A DNA stretch of 64,000 nt from Nannocystis bainbridge (lineage in GTDB: Bacteria > Myxococcota_A > Polyangia > Nannocystales > Nannocystaceae). The translations under genes and the position numbers were made by a program. Location: contig NZ_JAQNDL010000003.1 in NCBI RefSeq assembly GCF_028368995.1, forward strand, positions 1,216,001 to 1,280,000, given 5' to 3'. The notes under the pieces are model-generated. The model saw only the letters and a program-made list of their open reading frames with translations. It did not search any database and was not told where the DNA came from. Below are positions 59,666 through 64,000 of the stretch, piece after piece (position 1 is the stretch's first letter; every line of letters starts with the position of its first letter).

Positions 59666-61633
59666 ATGTCGATGGCTTCGCTTCGCCCGTTCGTGACTCG
59701 CGCGTCTCTGGTCTTGTCGGCGCTCTCCACCGCCTGCGGCGACAACAGCGGCGTCGCCACCGAGAGCAGCAGCGCCTCCACCACGCTCACCACCCCGACC
59801 AGCGTCACCGACGGCCCCACCACCGACGTCGGCACCGCCTCGATCACCACTGGCACCGGCACCGACACGCTCGGCGGCACCGACAGCGTCAGCGCCACCG
59901 AGTCCCCCACCACCACCGGCACGACCTCCACCTCCACCACCGACGCCACCACCGGCCCCGTCGTCACCACCGGCACCGAGACCGACGTCACCACGATCGA
60001 TCCGAGCCGCGGCACCACCGAGGACACCGACGGCACCTGCATCAAGTGCACCGCCGACCTGCACGGCATCGAGACCTGCAACGGTCAGCCCATCGCCACT
60101 TGCGAGGGCACCGACGGCTGCGACGCCGAGCTCGTCGCCTGCATCAACGCCTGTCAGGCCGCCGAGAACAGCAAACAATCGGTCGGTTGCGAGTACTACG
60201 CCACCTTCATGCAGCACCACGACGGCCCCCAGTCGCGCTGCTTCGCCGCCTTCGTCGCCAACACCTGGAACACCCCTGCCAAGCTCGCCGTCACTCGCCA
60301 GGGCCAGACCCTCGACATCGCCAAGTTTGCGCGGATCCCCAGCGGCATGGGCCCTGGCCTCACCTACGGCCCCTACGACGCCGACGCCGGCCTCGCGCCT
60401 GGCGAGGTCGCCATCCTCTTCCTCGCCGGGCCCAAGGGCGCTCCCATGCAGGGCTCCGCGCCCTGTCCGGTCGACAGCGCCGTCCCGCAGGGCGCCGCCG
60501 TCGCCGGTACTGGCCTCGGGGACAGCTTCCGCATCAGCGCCGACGTCCCCGTCGTCGCCTACCAGATCAACCCCTACGGGGGCGGCAGCGCGGCCGTCAC
60601 CGGCGCCTCGCTGCTCCTGCCGACCAGCGCCTGGGACACCAACTACATCGTCATCAACTCGCTGCAGGCCTCGGTCGGTCAGCCCTCGGCCAACATCGTC
60701 GCTCACAGCGACGGCACCAAGGTCACCATCGAGCCGGTCGTCGCCCTCGCTGGCGGCGGCGGCATCCCGGGCGGCCCTCCCGGCGTCCCGCTCGAGTTCA
60801 CCCTCAACGCTGGCCAGCACGCCCAGCTGACCCAGGGTGCCGAGCTGACCGGCAGCGTCATTCAATCCGACAAACCGATCGGCCTGATGGGCGGCCACAC
60901 CGGCATGCAGGCCCCCGTCGGCACCCCTTATTCCGACCACGCCGAGCAGATGATCCCGCCGATCCGCGCGCTCGGCAGCGAGTACGTCGGCGTCATGCAC
61001 CGCCCGCGCGTCAACGAGCCGGCGATGTGGCGGGTCGTCGGCGCGGTCGACGGCACCGAGCTGACGTGGAGCGGCGACGTCGGCGGGCCGACCAACCTCG
61101 CTCGCGGGCAGAAGGTCGAGTTCGTCACTGCCACCCCGTTCGTGGTCGAGAGCCAGGACGACGAGCACCCCTTCTTCCTCTTCACCTACATGAGCGGCTC
61201 GGGCTGGCAGCCGAACCTCAGCGGCCACGGCGACTCCGACTACGTCATCAGCGTCCCCGTCGACCAGTACTTGCCGCGCTACGTCTTCTTCACCGACCCG
61301 ACCTACCCCGAGACCAACCTCGTGCTCGTGCGCAAGAAGACCGAGGCTGACGTGTTCGAGGACGTCACGCTCGACTGCAGCGGCGTCGTCGGCGGCTGGC
61401 AGCCCGTCGGTGACTACGAGTGGACCCGCGTCGACCTCAGCACCGGTGATTTCCAGCCGGTCGCCGGCTGCTCGACCGGCCGCCACGAGATCACCAGCGA
61501 CGGCCGCTTCGGCATGTGGATCTGGGGCTGGGGCAGCCCGAAGACCACCGTCTTCACCCAGAACGTCTCCTACGGCTACCCCGCCGGCATGAACGTCCAG
61601 CTCATCAACGACGTGATCATCATCCCGCAGTGA
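59666..61633 (+). CDS. IgGFc-binding-protein N-terminal-like domain lipoprotein
   Basis: STAC lipobox, Thr stalk, SVGCEYY, ASLLLPTSAW, LTGSVIQSDKPI, DHAEQMIPP, SYGYPAG. Confidence 0.85.
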   Translation: MSMASLRPFVTRASLVLSALSTACGDNSGVATESSSASTTLTTPTSVTDGPTTDVGTASITTGTGTDTLGGTDSVSATESPTTTGTTSTSTTDATTGPVVTTGTETDVTTIDPSRGTTEDTDGTCIKCTADLHGIETCNGQPIATCEGTDGCDAELVACINACQAAENSKQSVGCEYYATFMQHHDGPQSRCFAAFVANTWNTPAKLAVTRQGQTLDIAKFARIPSGMGPGLTYGPYDADAGLAPGEVAILFLAGPKGAPMQGSAPCPVDSAVPQGAAVAGTGLGDSFRISADVPVVAYQINPYGGGSAAVTGASLLLPTSAWDTNYIVINSLQASVGQPSANIVAHSDGTKVTIEPVVALAGGGGIPGGPPGVPLEFTLNAGQHAQLTQGAELTGSVIQSDKPIGLMGGHTGMQAPVGTPYSDHAEQMIPPIRALGSEYVGVMHRPRVNEPAMWRVVGAVDGTELTWSGDVGGPTNLARGQKVEFVTATPFVVESQDDEHPFFLFTYMSGSGWQPNLSGHGDSDYVISVPVDQYLPRYVFFTDPTYPETNLVLVRKKTEADVFEDVTLDCSGVVGGWQPVGDYEWTRVDLSTGDFQPVAGCSTGRHEITSDGRFGMWIWGWGSPKTTVFTQNVSYGYPAGMNVQLINDVIIIPQ

Positions 61634-61652
61634 CCCGCGGCGGCCCGGCGAA

Positions 61653-62303
61653 TCACTGCACCACGAGGTCCGCCGGCGAGCGCGGCGCGACCTCGTACGT
61701 GTCCTCGTACTGGAACGCCAGCCCCGTGACCGCCAGCGTCTGCCCCGGCACGATCGCCTGCAGCGCCGCCGCGTCGAAGCCGGCCGACACGTGCACGAAG
61801 ATCTGGATCTGCCCCGAGCCGTCGTCGACCCACAGCTTGTAGCCGTACGGCGAGTCGTCGACGAAGCCCTGCGTCACCGCGCCGGTGACCTTCACCAGCC
61901 GGCCCTCGACCTCCTCGTCGACGTCCGCGGTGGCGACCGCCTCCGGCGCGACTGCCATCGCCTCGCCGAGCGCCGCCACCCCGGCCGGCTCGGCCGTCAC
62001 CACCCGCATCTTCGCCATCTGCCCGAGCACCCCGGTCACCTCCACGCGGTCACCCAGCGCCAGCGTCGCGGCCTCGTCCATCTTCACGTAGATGCCCGCG
62101 CCGCCGTCGGCGATGGCGAAGCCGTGCTCGAAGGTCGCCGACGTGAAGGTCCCCGGCGCCACCGACACATGGCCCTTGACCGTCACCTCGCTGCCGTCGG
62201 CCTGTTCGCGCGCCGCGGCGATCGAGAGGTCCGGTTCGGCCGGCTCGCGGCAGGAGATCAGACAGACAGCGGCGAGCGTGGAGCGGAGCGCGAGGCGGAG
62301 CAT
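61653..62303 (-). CDS. Lipoprotein with two OB-fold domains
   Basis: LISC lipobox; SIAAAR...G..VTV.G.V, D...GIYV, EGRLVKVTG, DDGSG, YEVAPRSPADL. Confidence 0.8.
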   Translation of the reverse strand: MLRLALRSTLAAVCLISCREPAEPDLSIAAAREQADGSEVTVKGHVSVAPGTFTSATFEHGFAIADGGAGIYVKMDEAATLALGDRVEVTGVLGQMAKMRVVTAEPAGVAALGEAMAVAPEAVATADVDEEVEGRLVKVTGAVTQGFVDDSPYGYKLWVDDGSGQIQIFVHVSAGFDAAALQAIVPGQTLAVTGLAFQYEDTYEVAPRSPADLVVQ

Positions 62304-62416
62304 CAACCGATTGTACGCCGACGCCGGCGTCCGAGCGAGCTCGACAGTCAACGGCGGCCCCCCTGCGCGCTCGCGCCCACCGGGCTCCACGGGAGCGAAC
62401 GCCGGATTTCGCCACA

Positions 62417-62491
62417 TGGCCTCCAGAGCATGTTCTTCATAACATGCTCTTATCGACATGCCCTTACGGGCATGTCCGAACGTGCATGTCC
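62417..62491. repeat. 14-bp palindromic array, 5 full units plus a partial sixth
   Basis: TGGCC-tcca-GAGCA / TGTTC-ttca-TAACA / TGCTC-ttat-CGACA / TGCCC-ttac-GGGCA / TGTCC-gaac-GTGCA / TGTCC. CATG recurs every 14 bp. Confidence 0.9.
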
Positions 62492-62506
62492 TGCGGCGGC
62501 GCGCGA

Positions 62507-62881
62507 CTACTTCCGCCGGGTGCTGCGCACGGCCATGAAGGCGAACACCAGGAACGCCAGCGCCCCGCCGCCGATGTACGGATAGGTGTTCGCCTCGCTC
62601 GCGCGCAACATCCGGAGCGTGCCCGTGCCGCTCTCCAGCGTCGACATCGCGCGCCTGTACTGCTCGCGGTCCTCCGGCAGCACGTTGCCTTGCGGGTCGT
62701 ACCGCACCTGAGCGAGCGTGGCGTCCGCGGCCTCGAGCCGTTCGGCCGTCTCGGCCCTCGTGCCCTGGAACTTGCGATAGTCGCTGATGCCGGCGCCGGC
62801 GACGAGCAGCGCGACGAGCGCGAGGAACCCGGCGGCGAAGGTGGTCGAGTTGAAGGAGCGGCGAGCTGGGGTCGAGGTCAT
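62507..62881 (-). CDS. Small two-TM membrane protein
   Basis: Two hydrophobic segments flanking a helical loop. Confidence 0.6.
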   Translation of the reverse strand: MTSTPARRSFNSTTFAAGFLALVALLVAGAGISDYRKFQGTRAETAERLEAADATLAQVRYDPQGNVLPEDREQYRRAMSTLESGTGTLRMLRASEANTYPYIGGGALAFLVFAFMAVRSTRRK

Positions 62882-63133
62882 CTCGTGGGACAAGGACGTC
62901 GCCTTCCGGGCCAGGTCGCACGGAGACTCGCGAAAGCGTCGTTCGTCCGCGAACGCGGAGCCGGCCCCAGGGCGGTCCCCGACTCGCGCCGCACCATCGA
63001 TGCACCCTGCGGCATGCCCTCATTCATGCCACCGGAAGTCCGCCATCGTCGCCGCATGAATCCCGCGTCAGCCGGCGTCGCCGAGGCCCGCGGCTTGACA
63101 AGCCCGGCGCCGATGCCGTCCCCTCCCTCCGCC

Positions 63134-64000
63134 ATGACGCACCCCCCCGACGACGTGTTCGCGCGAGTCTCCCAGCTCCTCGGCAAGCGCTCCGACGACC
63201 CCGCGGTCGTCGCGTTCCATGCGGCCCGCGGCCTCAAGCCGCCGCCGATCGTCACCAAGCTCGACATGCTGTACGACGTGCGCGACCAGGAGGCCGGCTT
63301 CACCCTCAACTACCAGGCGGAGGTGCTGCTGCCCGGCTGCTACCCGCCGCGCCGCGAGGGCGGCAAGTACGTCGCTTACCTCGCGTCGGTCGACTTCCGC
63401 CCGTCGTTCACCGGGCGCATCGCCGGCGAGCTCGACGTCGGATTGCCCGAGGCGCAGGCCAGGACGCTGGCGCAGCAGTTCGAGGACGGCTCGTGGAGCA
63501 CGCCGATGTACCGCGGCCACGTCGTGCGGCGCGAGGCCGGGCAAGAGGTCGTGTTCCTCTACGACCCCGACGACGACAGCTTCGCCGAGGTCCAGCTGCA
63601 GCTCGTGCAGCTCGCCGAGGACGACCCGGCGCTCGCGCAGCTGGCGAGCGACGCGAAGGCCAGCGAGCCCACGCCGGCGCCGCGGCAGTTCCCGCGCCGC
63701 GGCCGCAAGGCGCCGGGCAACGAGCCGCTGCCCGCGCCGCTCGCCGCCCTGTTCGAGCTGCAGGGCAGCGACGGCCTCGGCGAGATCGACCTCGAGGTCC
63801 TGTCGGAGATCGAGGCCGGCGGCCCGGCGGCGTGGACCGGCAACAAGGCGGCGGAGCACGAGCTCCGGGTGTTCGCGCAGGACGGGTCGGGCGGGCTGGT
63901 GGCTTTCTGGATCGTGCAACACGACGACGGAGCCGCGCGGCCGCTGGCGGACCAGCCGGTGGTGTTCCTCGGCTCCGAGGGCGAGCGAGGCGCGGTGGCC
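63134..64000 (+). CDS. Two-domain protein with C-terminal SMI1/KNR4 (SUKH)-like domain (partial)
   Basis: Read manually: MTHPPDDVFARVSQLLGKRSDDPAV.., then LRVFAQDGSGGLVAFW..QPVVFLGSEGE. Open to the window end. Confidence 0.7.
   Translation, partial: MTHPPDDVFARVSQLLGKRSDDPAVVAFHAARGLKPPPIVTKLDMLYDVRDQEAGFTLNYQAEVLLPGCYPPRREGGKYVAYLASVDFRPSFTGRIAGELDVGLPEAQARTLAQQFEDGSWSTPMYRGHVVRREAGQEVVFLYDPDDDSFAEVQLQLVQLAEDDPALAQLASDAKASEPTPAPRQFPRRGRKAPGNEPLPAPLAALFELQGSDGLGEIDLEVLSEIEAGGPAAWTGNKAAEHELRVFAQDGSGGLVAFWIVQHDDGAARPLADQPVVFLGSEGERGAVA

Overview
Very GC-rich window that looks like a myxobacterial chromosome, Nannocystis-like (inferred from MYXO-CTERM tails, DUF4215-type Cys repeats, Thr-rich lipoproteins, an FHA/Ser-Thr kinase pair and a DUF1592/DUF1552 pair). 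It holds about 45 densely packed genes, mostly exported or lipoproteins. It also has a four-gene phosphorelay, an AraC/SDR pair, an ECF41 sigma/carboxymuconolactone decarboxylase pair with its promoter, ggt and a multidomain RNA-repair protein. I found no rRNA, tRNA, transposase or CRISPR-Cas. The most striking unexplained signal is a dispersed 14-bp palindromic unit, TGTCC-N4-GGACA. It occurs at about 15 places, as phased head-to-tail arrays of up to 6 units between genes and also inside coding sequences, including a 36-bp-period expansion in a kinase linker. Some variants keep the palindrome intact, and the sites are often locally AT-enriched. Other candidates: a LysM/PG-binding gene coupled to a ~1217-aa ComEC-like MBL hydrolase split by a 1-bp frameshift; an MJ1316-EEP-2H-poly(A) polymerase fusion; a CxCH cytochrome-like domain; and an internally deleted serine hydrolase. 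Domain calls come from motifs recognised by eye, not from database searches, and start codons are best estimates.
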